Positions 11,091-23,557 of a stretch of 64,000 nt of DNA are shown one piece after another. The stretch's first letter is position 1; each line of letters opens with the position of its first letter. Source of the stretch: Psilocybe cubensis (lineage: Eukaryota); contig CM039004.1 in the NCBI GenBank assembly GCA_017499595.2, positions 2,666,001-2,730,000 of the forward strand, written 5' to 3'. The notes below the pieces were generated by a model. It ran no database searches. It had not been told where the DNA came from and saw only the letters and a program-made list of their open reading frames with translations. The translations under genes were made by a program, and so were the position numbers.

Positions 11091-14000
11091 ATGTCTGCTG
11101 TAACCACTACTGCCGTGCTCTCGGACACGCTGCCGTCGTCCATTCCGAAGCTGGATGCTACGGGCGTGAATTGGGCCATCTTCCGGGTCCGTTTCCAGGA
11201 CGCTGTTGAGGCAAAGGGTCTCTGGGACCACTTCGACGGCTCGTCGACACGTCCTGAGGTGTCCGACGTGTCTCCTGCTCCTGTGGTTGCACCTGCGACC
11301 GCCCCCGAAAGCGCGCCTGCCACCTCTGCCGTGGTACAAACAACGCCAAAGCCCTCTGCCGAGGACCTTGCCGCACAGCAGAAGTGGGACAAGGACGAGT
11401 TGTCGGCGAAGTATCTGCTCACGCAGAAGATTCCCGACTCGACGCTAATGCGTGTGCACTCGAAGCGATTCGTCCGCGAGCGCTGGGAGGCTATTGTGGC
11501 CGAGTATACGGAAAAGGGCGCATATGCGCAGACGGATCTTCGAACCCGATTCCTCGAGTCGAAGTGCCCCGACAAGGGCAACGTTCGCGAGTTCCTCGAC
11601 AACCTGCGAGTGAAACGAGAGGAGCTAGCTTCTGTCGGTGTTGATATCGACGAAAAAGATTACCGTTCCGTTATCATTTCGTCCCTCCCCATCAACCTGT
11701 CCAATTTCGCATCTAACCAACTCGCTTCGGCCCGTTTGTTTGCCCCGACAAAGACTCTGTCTCCTGACGTCCTTATTTCTCTCATCTCCGAGGAATTCGA
11801 GCGTCAGAAGACGCAGCGCAGCCGACGCACGGGAAAGTCGAAGGACGATGACAAGGACGAGGCCTTGTCCATGGGTGTTGCGTCGTCGAAAGGCAAACCG
11901 GCCGGAAAATCGACCTCGAAACGCGACTCGAAGCCGCGCGGCGCCTGTTATAACTGTGGCAAGAAGGGGCATTTCAAGCAAAACTGCCCGAAGCCGCTGA
12001 AAGGCGAGAAGTCGAATGACAACTCGGCAGGCAACAAGAAGGCCGGCGACGTACACGCCGTGCTCGAAACGGAGTCTGACAGCGACGGTGTGCATGCTGT
12101 GTTCACGGCGACTGTTTCGGAGGCAGACTCTCTGCCGGATCTCCAGTCTGTGTCGAAGACGGATTCGGAGAGTGAGGGGGAGGCGGATGATGAGGGTGAG
12201 GTCGCGTTGATGGATGGCGATGACTTTTCGGAGGTGGGAAGTGATGCAGGCGACTTTGATGACCCCGCGTGGGACTCTGATGAGTTTGCAGAGCTGTTGG
12301 ATGACGTCGAGGAGGGTGCGCACGCTATAATCGATGAGATTAGTGCGACGTTCGATGCTGCAGCCGCTAATCACGCACCTCGAGTGGAGATCTATGACTC
12401 CGGGTCCACTCGCCACATCTCGCCCTACCGTGAGGACTTCAATACCCTCACGGAAACCTCTCCCCTATCCCTACGTGCTGCGAACAAAGGCGAATTCTGT
12501 GCTACGGGGATTGGATCAATGACTATTGATGTCCCAGACGGGGTAGATGTCAATAAACTGACACTTACCGAGGTCCTTTACTCGCCGGAGGTAGGGTACA
12601 CCCTCATTTCCATCGGACGGCTCGACCAGAATGGCTTTTCAGCCACGTTTGGCAATGGCAAGTGCACCATTACCGGCCCCGAGGGCGAGCGCGTGGGCAG
12701 CATCCCCATCAACTCGAAGGGGATGTATCGCGTGGCACATGAGGCCGACGCAGCCAATGCTGTGGTCGAGCAGATCACGCTCGACCAGTTCCACCGTCGA
12801 ATGGGCCATATTGCGCCCGAAACGGCGAAGCGCCTTGTCGAAAAGGGCTTCGTGACTGGTATTTGTCTTGCCACAGCCTCGAACAACGAGGCCTTCTTTT
12901 GCGAATCGTGCGTCTATGCGAAAGCGACGCGGCGGCCGGTGGCGAAGGAACGAGGTGGTGAGCGAGCGGCGGCGTTTGGCGACGAGATCCATTCAGATCT
13001 GTGGGGACCTGCACCGGTAGAAACGAAGGGTGGTAAGCGCTACTACGTCACGTTTACAGATGACGCTACGCGACTCACCCGATTGTACCTGCTCTGTCTC
13101 AAATCCGACACCTTCGAAGCCTATCGAGAGTACGAGGCTTGGTGCGAGACCCAGTTTGGTGTTCGCATCAAGTGCCTGCACTCAGATAAGGGTGGCGAAT
13201 ATGAAGGGAAGGCATTTGTTGCTCACCTGAAGACCCGAGGCACCATTCAGAAACAGACCGTCCACGACACACCGCAGTTTAACGGCGTCGCGGAACGGCG
13301 TAACCGCACCATCATCGAGCGTGTGCGTGCGCTTCTGCATGCCAGTGGCCTTCCGAAATCATTGTGGGGCGAGGCATGTCGTCACGTCGTCTGGTTATTG
13401 AACCGCACGTCCACGAAGGCGCTCAAGGGTGTGACACCCTACGAGGCTGCATTTGGCAAGAAACCCGACCTCAGCGAGCTGCGCGAGTTCGGCGAAAAGG
13501 TGTGGGTGCGACTGGAGACGGATGCTATGAAGCTGGGCGGGCGGGTGAAGGAGGGATGATGGCTGGGCGTTGACGAGAAATCAAAGGGTGTGAGGGTGTA
13601 CTGGCCGGATAAAAAGACAGTGACGGTGGAGCGTAATGTCTATTATGACAAAACACTCTCGTCAGTCTCTCGTCTCGAGGGGGAGGAATGGGAAATAGTC
13701 GAGGCGAAGACAGACGGACTCACCGACAACCAGGCTGCAAATCAGCCTATCGAAACTCCCGCAGAACCTCAGGTAACCCCTACCGCATCCCAAGCAACAC
13801 CTCGCGTCGAAATCGACCCCGATAACGCCACAGACAGTGCCTCAGAGCCCGAGGCACGTCCAAAACGTGCTCGAAAGCCCACCCGACGCATCCGCGACAT
13901 CCTCGAAGGTGTCGGTGTCGCATCCCATCGCCCGAGTGACCCCAGAATCACCAGGGGCATCACGGTACCCTCCACCGAACCTCCTGCTCCCTCGTCTTCA

Positions 14001-15686
14001 CGATCCGTCGATGTTGAGGGGGAGGATGCATCCCTCCTTGCCGAATACAATGTCGTCGAGTACAACGACGTATATGCACTGGTGGCTGATGTTGCGGAAG
14101 CAGAGGCGCTCGAACCACGGTCGTTGTCGGAGGCGAAAAGGCGCCCCGACTGGTTGCTGTGGAAGGCTGCGATGGATGAGGAAATGGAACTGCTGAAGAA
14201 AGCAGGAACGTGGGAGATTGTTGACGCACCTGAGAACACGAATATTGTCGGTTTGAAATGGGTGTTTCGCGCAAAAAAGGACGCCGCGGGCAATGTCGTA
14301 CGCTACAAGGCGCGTCTCGTCGCGCAAGGCTTCTCCCAGGTGCCGGGTGTCGACTATTTCGACACGTTTGCGCCCGTTTCGCGTCTTGCATCGATCCGGG
14401 CAGTACTTGCTGTTGCTGCCATCAACGACTACGAAATTCAGCAAATTGACATCAAAGGAGCGTACCTGAATGGAGTCCTCAAGTCCGACGAAATCATCTA
14501 CATGCGACAAGCGCCTGGTTACGCTGTCGCACCCTCATCCTCCTCTACCCCGGTCTATCGTCTTCGAAAAGCCCTGTATGGTTTGAAGCAGGCGGGTCGG
14601 CGTTGGTACGAACGGCTCGTCGAGATAATGGTGAAGCACCTCGGCTTCTCGAGGTGCGCGGTCGACCAGGCGGTGTTCGTGAGGAAGGGAGGGCGAGGAG
14701 ACTTGGTCATCGTGTTGGTACACGTTGATGATTGCACAATCGTGGCAACGCGGACTGAGCTCATAGCTGAGTTCAAAATTGCGATTAGTCAGCACGTTGA
14801 TATCACGGATCTAGGCAACATACACTGGCTCTTGGGCATCGAGATCATCCGCGACCGCGCTGCGCGTCGCATCTACCTCTCCCAACGATCGTATATCGAC
14901 TCGATAATTCGTCGATATGGCCTTCAGGACCTCAAGCCCGTTTCCCTGCCTATGGATCCGAACGTACGACTCACATCGACACAATCCCCGACTACCACAG
15001 CTCAATTTGCGAAGATGCGTGATGTCCCGTATCATGAAGCGGTCGGATCGCTCATGTACGCGTCACTCGGTACGCGTCCCGACATTGCCTACGCTGTCCA
15101 GACCGTCTCGCGTTTCTCGACGAACGCCGGCGAACCTCATTGGGAAGCGGTAAAGCGAATTTTTCGCTATCTGAAGGGCACGAAGGATCTCTGGCTGTCA
15201 TATGGAGGACAGCAGAGGGAGTTAGCAGGGTACGCAGATGCGGATGGGAGCATGGCCGAGGATCGGCATGCTATCAGCGGGTACGCTTTTATTTTACACG
15301 GCGGCGCAATCTCCTGGTCGGCGAAGCGACAGGAGATTATTTCACTCTCGACAACCGAATCCGAGTATGTTGCAATTACTCACGCCGCGAAGGAAGGATT
15401 ATGGCTACGATCCCTCCTCAAGGACCTCTTCCCATTGACTCTCGACACCACCGTCTTATTTTCCGATAACCAATCCGCCATTGCGCTCACGAAAGATCAT
15501 CAATATCACGCTCGCACGAAACATATCGACATACGCTTTCATTTCATTCGATGGATCATCGAAAACGGTTCGATTCGCCTTGTCTATTGCCCGACCAACG
15601 ACATGGTCGCTGACGCATTCACGAAGGCGCTTCCGTCGCCCAAAGTCAAGCATTTCGCGGCCGAGCTTGGGCTCGTATCCGTTTGA
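11091..15686 (+). pseudogene. Copia Gag-Pol polyprotein interrupted by one in-frame TGA (13557-13559)
   Basis: Zinc knuckle CYNCGKKGHFKQNC, protease YDSGSTRH, integrase HRRMGH..CESC / HSDLWG / HSDKGGEY / NGVAERRNRT, RT RYKARLVAQGFSQ / LYGLKQAGR / HVDD, RNase H GYADAD / STTESEY / RTKHIDIRFH. ORFs 11091 and 13590 share a frame and are separated only by the TGA. Confidence 0.93.
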
Positions 15687-15693
15687 GGGGGAG

Positions 15694-16110
15694 TGTGAGA
15701 TATTCAATACGCAAACGCATCGAGCACTCGGCGCGCGTACGATAGCCCTGCCCAGGGCATCCACAAACCGCCACAAGTATGTACATCTTATTATCTGTAT
15801 TATACCTTTTGTTCTGTACATTCTCGGGCGCTTTCGCCACTATTCCATTTCGGTTTCTCAGTTATTCCACTGTATATACTCCGTGTTTCATAGTTGTTAC
15901 TATCTATGTACATTAGCTACACGCGCATATAAATGCGCGTGCTTCGTTCTCTCGAACCTCAGTCGTTCTGTTCGAACACGACTGAGGTGAGATTCTATTA
16001 TTTGTTTCTTATTTACTTCTCACTTACTTTGTACAAAGCTCGTATTAGGTATTTACTCAATATCAGTCGTTCTGTTCGAACACGACTGAGCTCGTATTAG
16101 TTTTCTTACA
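15694..16110 (+). repeat. Copia 3' LTR
   Basis: Direct repeat of 10599-11015, preceded by the PPT and followed by TSD TCTAC. Confidence 0.97.
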
Positions 16111-16662
16111 TCTACCTCTACCCGCTCATATAGGACTGTGGACGCTACGGTACTTGGAGAATCTTGGTAACCCATGTGGATGAAATGGAGCCTTGTTTTC
16201 TTGGACTGCTTACGACCTCAGTTGGTCGACTCTCCAGCCATATCGCGTGTGCATATATGCGCGTATTCTCGCTCTTTTCGAGGTTGTTTGATGCTTCTAT
16301 TGTCTTTGAAGTCCATCTGGGGATTTCTTGTGCCATTTCTCTGCACTTTGCCCTCGCGTTGTCTAATTTCAAATGCTTGCAGAGGCTACGCGAGTTTGTA
16401 TGCGCGTTACCCGGCTCTGTGGGCGCATATACTCGCTGATTTTGGATGTATTTACTGTTTTGTCCGCTGCGCTTGGGGTTTGTGGGTCCTAGCTTTTGAT
16501 TTTGCTTGTGGGCTGTGCGTTATGGCTTTGCGACCCTTTTTGTGCGCATATATGCACTATTTTTTGCTCTGCTTACAGCCTTCCAATTGACTCTTTCGGC
16601 CGGCGTGTTTGGCTTTCGAGCTTTTTCAATGGGTAGATGGGGATCTGCATCACTTTACCCTG

Positions 16663-17096
16663 TGTCAGGGTTTCTCCAGTTTCCCCTCTTTATCTTCACA
16701 GAATTATCTTATCCTTTCATTATCTTATCAATTATCTGATTAGATAGTTTATTTCTTTCATCACAGCCTTCTTGCTCCACTTCTTTCTAGTAAATTCTAT
16801 ATGATTCCTAGTCTTACTCATCCTTTTTCTATATGATGTCACTTTTATTCTTTAACCTTCCTTTATGATGTAATGTAGGGAATATTCTAGAATAGCTGTA
16901 GAGTATAAATACTGGACTTGTAGGTAGCTGTAGCTTCAGCTTCAATCTCTTAGGATATCCACTATCATTGGTGTGATCTCTTAGAACCATTGAATCTCTC
17001 TCACTCTCTTATTCTCTCTTTGCTCTCTTACTCTCCCTCTGCTCTCTCTCTCTCTCTCTTGCTTAATCTTTGTTGGTGGCCTTGTCACACTGATTA
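16663..17096 (+). repeat. Gypsy 5' LTR, main part (last 16 bp displaced to 35230-35245)
   Basis: Matches 40719-41152. TATAAATA at 16904-16911, and a (CT)n tract near the end. Confidence 0.96.
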
Positions 17097-17322
17097 CATC
17101 AGCAATACCGGGGCCAAGTAGGTAATGATCCGTAGTGATACGTAATTCTGTAGTGCCCATAGTAACGGTCCCATTTGGGTAACACACACTGATGTACCTG
17201 TAGCTTGGTACCAACGTGACATGGTACTCTGTAGTGATCTGTATTGTAACGCGAGTGCTGTGTAGCGGCGTGTAGCATGCTTACCATGGTCCATACCCCT
17301 CTGTATACAACTGACATACAAA

Positions 17323-17393
17323 TTGTAGCATACTACCACAGATTTGTAGCATGCTACCACAGATTTGTAGCATGCTACCACAGATTTGTAGCA
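17323..17393. repeat. 21-bp tandem repeat (ttgtagcatgctaccacagat), ~3.4 copies, subterminal
   Basis: Directly visible; the core GTAGCATGCTAC is palindromic. Confidence 0.9.
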
Positions 17394-17661
17394 CATCATA
17401 ACACACTGCAAATAGGTACAAAGGCATATATAGTATCCACTTTCATTTGTATAGTGTTGTGTGGCTATTCCTGCAAGTGCCAATATCACACTGAAAACCG
17501 AACCATTTTTGACTAAAATGGGCAATTTTAAAAATAGATAATCTATGTTTGGATCGGACCAAACATGTTTCTATTAGTAGATGCATAACTATTAATACGT
17601 GACGATCTAAATATGGTATCTTCTAATCCACACCCGGCAGCTGCCCCGCTCATTCACCCAA

Positions 17662-20403
17662 CTACCCTTCTGGACCGTAATCTAGTTCCTCCTGTGGGAT
17701 AGAATGGAGAGTCATCCTATAAGGGTTGGGGGGGTTCTTCGTAGGCCTCATAATAGCACTGATTATGGAGATCTAAATGATGCAAAGAAAGAAATGAATA
17801 AAAAAAGATACACACCATCCTTCCTCAGCCACTTCCCTACATAAGCGAGCCAAGCGAGGACCTTGGTTCAAGGTATCCTTCTCTGCCTCTGCTGCAACCA
17901 ACATGCAGGCATCATACCTCAGGGAGTACTCCTCTCCCTTGAATTCAATACCCGAACACGGACCACCTCTTGCAGGGTCAATCCCATCCCTCCACTCCTC
18001 AAGACAGTTGTGGATCTACAGCAAAATGCTTGTTAGCAAGGCAGTGCCAATAGCAGGAGAGAAATCAGAACTACACAACTGGCCACAAGCGCAAATGCTT
18101 TGTGGGGAAGCGATGTCTTGAAGAAATCCGTCTTTGTCTCCAGACCTTTGATGGGGACTGCAACCCCTTTTGTAGGATGGTAGAAGAAGTCCAGACAGAT
18201 CTTCTTCACAAAAGGATGTCCAAATGGGACATCGTGATACTGGAAACAAATCAATGAGTGGTAAGCCAGGTAAAATGGACGGCGAACTCACTCGGGTTTT
18301 GGCAACACCCCGGTGGTATTTACCATTGAGTAGCCAATATGCTACCCTGTCCTTGATGTATTCGATCTCCCCCATCTGATTTTCAAACATATTGGGGTTC
18401 GCGGCGATGACCTCCGACGGGACTTCGAGGCCATACGCATTTTTGACCAGGGGTCTGATCATCGTCTTCAGTCTTCCCCGGAAGGTTGACGCGTAGACAA
18501 ATGCCTAATGAGAACAGACACGTTAGTACGATATCCTTAAAAGAACACGCTAAAAATATACCGTTACGGCGGTATTCCTGTCTAGGAGCGTTTTTTTCTC
18601 TGCAAAGTTATGTAAACCAATTAACTAAAATCACAGAAGACAGAACTTACTATCAGGCAACACTTTATCCGTGTTCATTCTTTCAAACACGGTTACTGCC
18701 ATCTTCACACATCCATCGGCGACTAATAAGTGATTTTCCCGAGTGGGAAAGGGGACCTCCTCTACTACATACAGGCACATCAGTTTGCGTGCAATTTTGA
18801 GCACATCTTTCCAGTAACCAGTAAAGGATGCAACTGAATGCTTGGATACTTCCCTAGCAGAAGAAGTACTGGACTTCTTATGAGCGATGTGTGCCTCACC
18901 AAGCACCTCATCATCGTCAGATGCTTCGTTGTTCTCCCTTGTCAAACCTTGGGATACGGCTCCTTGCGAAACAGCCGCCTTGCGCAATGCCTCAGGGCGA
19001 GGTGGCTTGTTCGCCCGATTACGACGACGGTGTTCTTGAAGAACATCCTCTACTTCCACAACCTATATCAATAATACATTAGCTAGACATTAAATACAGC
19101 AGAGAAATGATTACATGGGGGGAAGGCTGGCGGAGCAATGCCCTTGCTCTCCTCTCCTCTTCATCATCGGAAACTTCATCAACCACTGTCAAACATAGGT
19201 GGTAAGCAAACACGACATAAAGGTGGAGTTAAACCAACGCTGGGCAGCAGGCTCTTCATCATCTTGACCCGCGTCGTCGTAACCTTCATCACCGTCGACA
19301 TATTGGAGAGCTTCTTCATCCCCAATATTCTCTTCATCAATTCCTTGCATGCATTCGTCCCCTGATGCTTCCTCAGATCGCCTTTCACCGTCACTATCCC
19401 CCTCTTCCTCCTCCTCATCTTCCTCCTGCTCTATGCCTTCGTAATCTTGTTGCTCCTCCTCGTCTTGATGGCTGATGCTAGCCTCTTGGTGGGCGTTATA
19501 GGCTGCTGGATGCACTGGCTGTTGTACGGGGGCATGTTGTGTTACAGGATGCACTGGTTGTTGTACGGGGGCATCGTAGTATTGGACAGAATTCTCTGCC
19601 GCAGGGGCAGCGTAACGCTGAACAGGATTTGCTGCGTGTTGTACAGGGCGCGGGACAGGATGTGCTGCATGTTGTACGGGGCGCGGGACAGGATGTGCTG
19701 GCTGTTGTACCGGAGCAGCGGGGCGCTGGATGGGGGCAGTGGGTCTTTGGACAGCATGATCAAGCTCTGAGTGCTCCTGATTTCTCTGAGCTGCACGTTG
19801 GATCTGGACAGGAGGGGGGGCACCCTGAGATTGTCGTGGGCTTGGTTGGACTTGTTGGACATCCCAAGGAGCAACTGAAGGCGTTGGCCTTGGTTGCATT
19901 TGAATAGGGGGACCTACATGCGACACAACGGTAACCTAGACGTGCTTGGAAGATAGCAAATTTAAGATTAGAACAGTAGACTCACCCCATTGCGAGGTTT
20001 CTTCAAGGGAGGCGCCATCTCATTTTCAGGCATGGCGCTAGTATCCACATTGGCGGCCCTTGACTTCCTCTTCCCAGCCTTCTCGAAGTCAATAAAAATG
20101 ATGTTAGATGTTTTCTCCTGCCGAGCATTTACTCCACCAAGACCACGGGTGCTTCGGATAGGATGGCCATTGGGGTCTTTTTAATAAGGAGTTCAGTGAA
20201 TCTCAACAAAGAAAATGCTAGTACAGACCTGCTTCAGGAGCCTGAGGTGGCTCGTTTTCTGCCACGGAGCTCGGACCCTGTTCAACCTCTTGTCCTAGAT
20301 GGATAAAACATTAAGTATGCGGATGTAATGAGGATATATAGATGATACCTTCAACCGTGGCATTGACAACCGCCTTTTTCTTTTTGGATCCTTTAGGTGG
20401 CAT
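17662..20403 (-). CDS. Multi-exon transposon-associated protein, DUF6532-like C-terminus, Q/P-rich and acidic N-terminal half
   Basis: Starts MPPKGSKKKKAV. Exons include ORFs 19189-19926, 18631-19059, 18016-18462 and 18033-18254 (DVPFGHPFVKKICLDFFY..LPHKAFALVASC, then IHNCLEEWRDG). Family assigned from motif memory; ends approximate. Confidence 0.6.
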
Positions 20404-21197
20404 ATTGGGCTGGTTTGACGGTTGTAATGCAGAAATAGAGACAAGGGGTGGTGAATTATGTCAAGCTACGATCCGGAGGTATGCGAAATTAGCATCTTTT
20501 CAAAATTTAAGGCGACGGACATCAGTCAAAAATATATCGTGCCATATAGAAATTACAGGTACTGAAACAGTACCCCTATCTACTACAATATATCACATAT
20601 ACATTATAGTCAGATTCCATGTCCTACTTAGAGTTAAGTAAAGTTACATCTCAGAGGGGAAAAGACTGCACCTATCATGATCGCGGATTATCCTGAGGGT
20701 GCATTAGAATAGGTATTCCCCGACTAATGAGGGATACCCGTAGACGGGCGATTTCGAGCTGGGTTTCAAACAGAAGATCTTCATTGGATTTATATGCTCG
20801 CATAATGTCGTCCATATAACAACGTAGCTCTGCCTGAACTTCTAGACACCTCTGTTCAGTGAGTTGAAATTGGTCAAGAGCCTTTTTAACGGCCTCTATG
20901 CCTTGATTCTAGAGGAAGGTGGATTAAAACATGAAAATAGACCTAAAACGAAGAACTCTGCCTCTTCGGGTATGCTAGGGAGGCGGCGACTTTGAGGTTG
21001 CGAAGCGTTGTTGCTATTGGAATGGTTCATGATAAAGATAGGCAACAATTTGGTGTGGTGGTGGTGGCTTAAGTTCAAGACGATCAACACATTACGAACC
21101 ATTAGCACTGTTGATTGCCGAAATACACTTAAATAGAATGACATAAAACCCGTATATGTCTACAAGTCCGTGTTCGAGATACAAGTAATGCTGCACC

Positions 21198-23557
21198 CTA
21201 CATATTTACAACTTTGACACCACGGGACGGGGGGAAGATTTGAATCAAAGATGTTGTCGGAAAAGTTGGGAATGTATCACCGCGTTTCATACGAGTAACG
21301 GGATATTTATGTACAACGCAAATATCCTTGTCTATTGATCGTATCCTGAATATAATCCCCATTGAATCGCCCTCAAGCGGTGTAACGAAGTCGTCCTTTT
21401 TTACAGGATGAATTGGAAACAACACTGATTTCGGTAATGTCAGTGTACGTCCCAGTAATGCTAGGTGGGCAGTATCGTCGGTAAGGCTGAGAAGTTCCAT
21501 CGCCACTTGATGGTCGCCCTTGGATTTGTCTACGACTTTTAATCGTAATCCTTTCAGCTTATCGTATTTCGTATCTAGCCAGTGAGCGACGGTTGAGGGT
21601 AGTTCTGCGATTTCCACCGCCGAGTGTACAGGTATTGCTGAATACGGATTCCATGCAGGAGACAGAAAACTTGCTACTGTGGACGGCATTGGAGTTGCTC
21701 CACCAGAAGGCCCGGGGTCTTGAGCGGAATTTATATGTTCTCGGTTGCTTGAAACAATGTCAGTAAGCACCTGACAGTCAACGAATCAAGTGAAACCACA
21801 TACTGTATAATTAAATGTGATATTTTAATACGTTCCACCCTCTGGTTACGAGCTTCCAGCTCAACGTCTGCAAAGCCGTCGGGGGTAGTGCTTTTAACGA
21901 TGCCATAGTACCCCTTGAATGTATTATTCCCGACAACGATGACACTCAAACCTATATAGACGTCGTTGTGGTCTCTTTCTCCAAGCTTTGACGAATGACG
22001 CTTTCGCGGGCGAAGAGTAGCATGGGCAGGGGGGACGTAGAATATGACTGTGTGGATGGGCACAATGACCTGAAAAATGTGTTGAACACTACTGAGACAA
22101 AGAGAATGACAGTTCACCTACTTCGCGTTCGTGCTCTGGGGCGATAATACAAACAGATCTTCCATCAAAGTCTGACACCCATCCATGGAGATCTTTGTGA
22201 TCCCCTTCAACGACTTCAACACTATCGCCTATCTGGAAAGCTGCACGTAGATCGTGTAGTGCAACTGCTTGTGTTATACCTTGGGAGGGGATGTGCACTT
22301 CCACCTCAGCGTCAGAAACACTCTTGACCGTTCCAAAAAGACCTAAGTATTCTCCACCAATAATTTTGACTCGATCATATCGTTTCAGTCGAGTCATGGA
22401 GATGGCTTTCGAGGCTTGCGCTAAGGTCTCCGTCGTTACAAATGGACACTCGCGAAATTGCTCCAACTCGGACGATGTTGGGAGGACATTGGAAAGATAT
22501 TTGAGATCGATGGCGTCGAAATCCGTGATAATAAATCCATCCTGGAATATCCTGTCGAGGTGCGATTTCTTGATGTTGTCCGGAGGTCTGGGGATAAGAA
22601 CAACACTTTTCCGACCCTGGAATGTGAACACAAGGCCGGTAGCATTTGCGTAGGTCGTCCAAGCCTTACGCTTTCCAGCAACCTTGACCCACGATTGGTC
22701 TTCAGGGCGTGAGGGTGGGGGATGAGATAGGATCTCCATACATCTCTCCGAGGATAGCCTAACTAAATGTGTCGGATTAAGCTCTCTAACGAGGCAGGCT
22801 AACGTATGCGCATGTTGCATTGATGGCGCCTCGACGTAGATTCTCCCAGGAATTGAGGATTGAGCGAAGACAGACCGGGCAAGGATGATGGGAAATGTAG
22901 GGTTCGTTGACATCTGCATAATTTTGAAAGCGACGGCCTCTTCGTGTCCAACCTATCACTCGTAAGGTGATCAATAAATGCTGACTGAAGACTTATATTA
23001 TTTTTGCGTACCTTGCAACCTATTTCATACATGATATCAGTCGCGGAAGGCATATAATTATTATCACCAAGTCCTCCTGGTTGGGGATTGCCATATTTCT
23101 GTATAAGTTCTCGTGAACTAGATGGCTCTATATCATTGTCAGGACGAATTTTCATGCGTGAAGGCAGAAGCATGGGCAACAAATCGCTCCATTCATCAGC
23201 GTTATCTGTATTTTGCATGGCATGATATAGCCGAGAGTGTGCAACACGTTCCTCATCCTCAGAGAATTCATCGTTATCATTCACTGTATGTCAGAACCCA
23301 TTAGCATCAGTACATATTGAGCAGAATATATGTAAATTATTGGAACATACGTAGTTGGCCCCCTTCATAATCAAGCTCTTCCGAACTTTCATCATCATCG
23401 GAAACCGCTGCTTCAATGTCTATGAAGGGATTAATGTCCTGATTTTTTGAGATCATAATTAAATTTCCCTGAAGTTAGTGATTAGATGGAGGGTTGGATT
23501 AGTACACACTGTGCGGTTGCCTAGGCTGTCAAGTCGTCTGCGTTTATAACTAGACAT
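21198..23557 (-). CDS. Divergent Spt5-like protein (acidic N-terminus, NGN domain, several KOW motifs), multi-exon
   Basis: NPFIDIEAAVSDDDE resembles the Spt5 N-terminal motif. YEIGCKVGHEEAVAFKIM..SVFAQSSIPGRIYVEA resembles NGN. KOW-like motifs: YDRVKIIGGEYLGLFGTV, FQIGDSVEVVEGDHKDLHGWV, IGLSVIVVGNNTFKGYYGIVKS. GGATPMP..SPAWNP may be a CTR remnant. Confidence 0.8.

Larger units (their letters stand above)
10599..16110 (+). mobile_element. Ty1/copia LTR retrotransposon, full length
   Basis: 417-bp LTRs (TG...CA) at 10599-11015 and 15694-16110 look identical by eye. TSD TCTAC lies at 10594-10598 and 16111-16115. PBS at 11016, PPT GAGGGGGAG at 15685-15693. Domain order is gag-PR-IN-RT-RH. Confidence 0.97.

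Noticed and set aside
13557-13592. Gag/pol frameshift in the copia element
   Set aside because: Both ORFs are in the same frame and the break falls after the integrase core, so it is a nonsense codon.
11046-15990. Long antisense and overlapping ORFs in the copia (e.g. 11625-12416, 13769-14293)
   Set aside because: Shadow ORFs expected from GC-rich coding sequence; no motifs.
16663-17096. Solo LTR
   Set aside because: Its missing 16 bp reappear at 35230-35245 before the PBS, and the CCCTG TSD pairs with 41169-41173, so it is an interrupted 5' LTR.
17323-17393. CRISPR-like short palindromic repeats
   Set aside because: The units are head-to-tail with no unique spacers, there are no cas genes, and the context is eukaryotic.
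20896-21144. Small minus-strand ORF (MNHSNSNNASQPQSRRLPSIPEE) inside the large element
   Set aside because: Short, no recognisable domain, and no confident splice model.
21198-23557. The host's true SPT5 gene
   Set aside because: Too short and divergent, lacks extensive C-terminal repeats, and lies within transposon TIRs.
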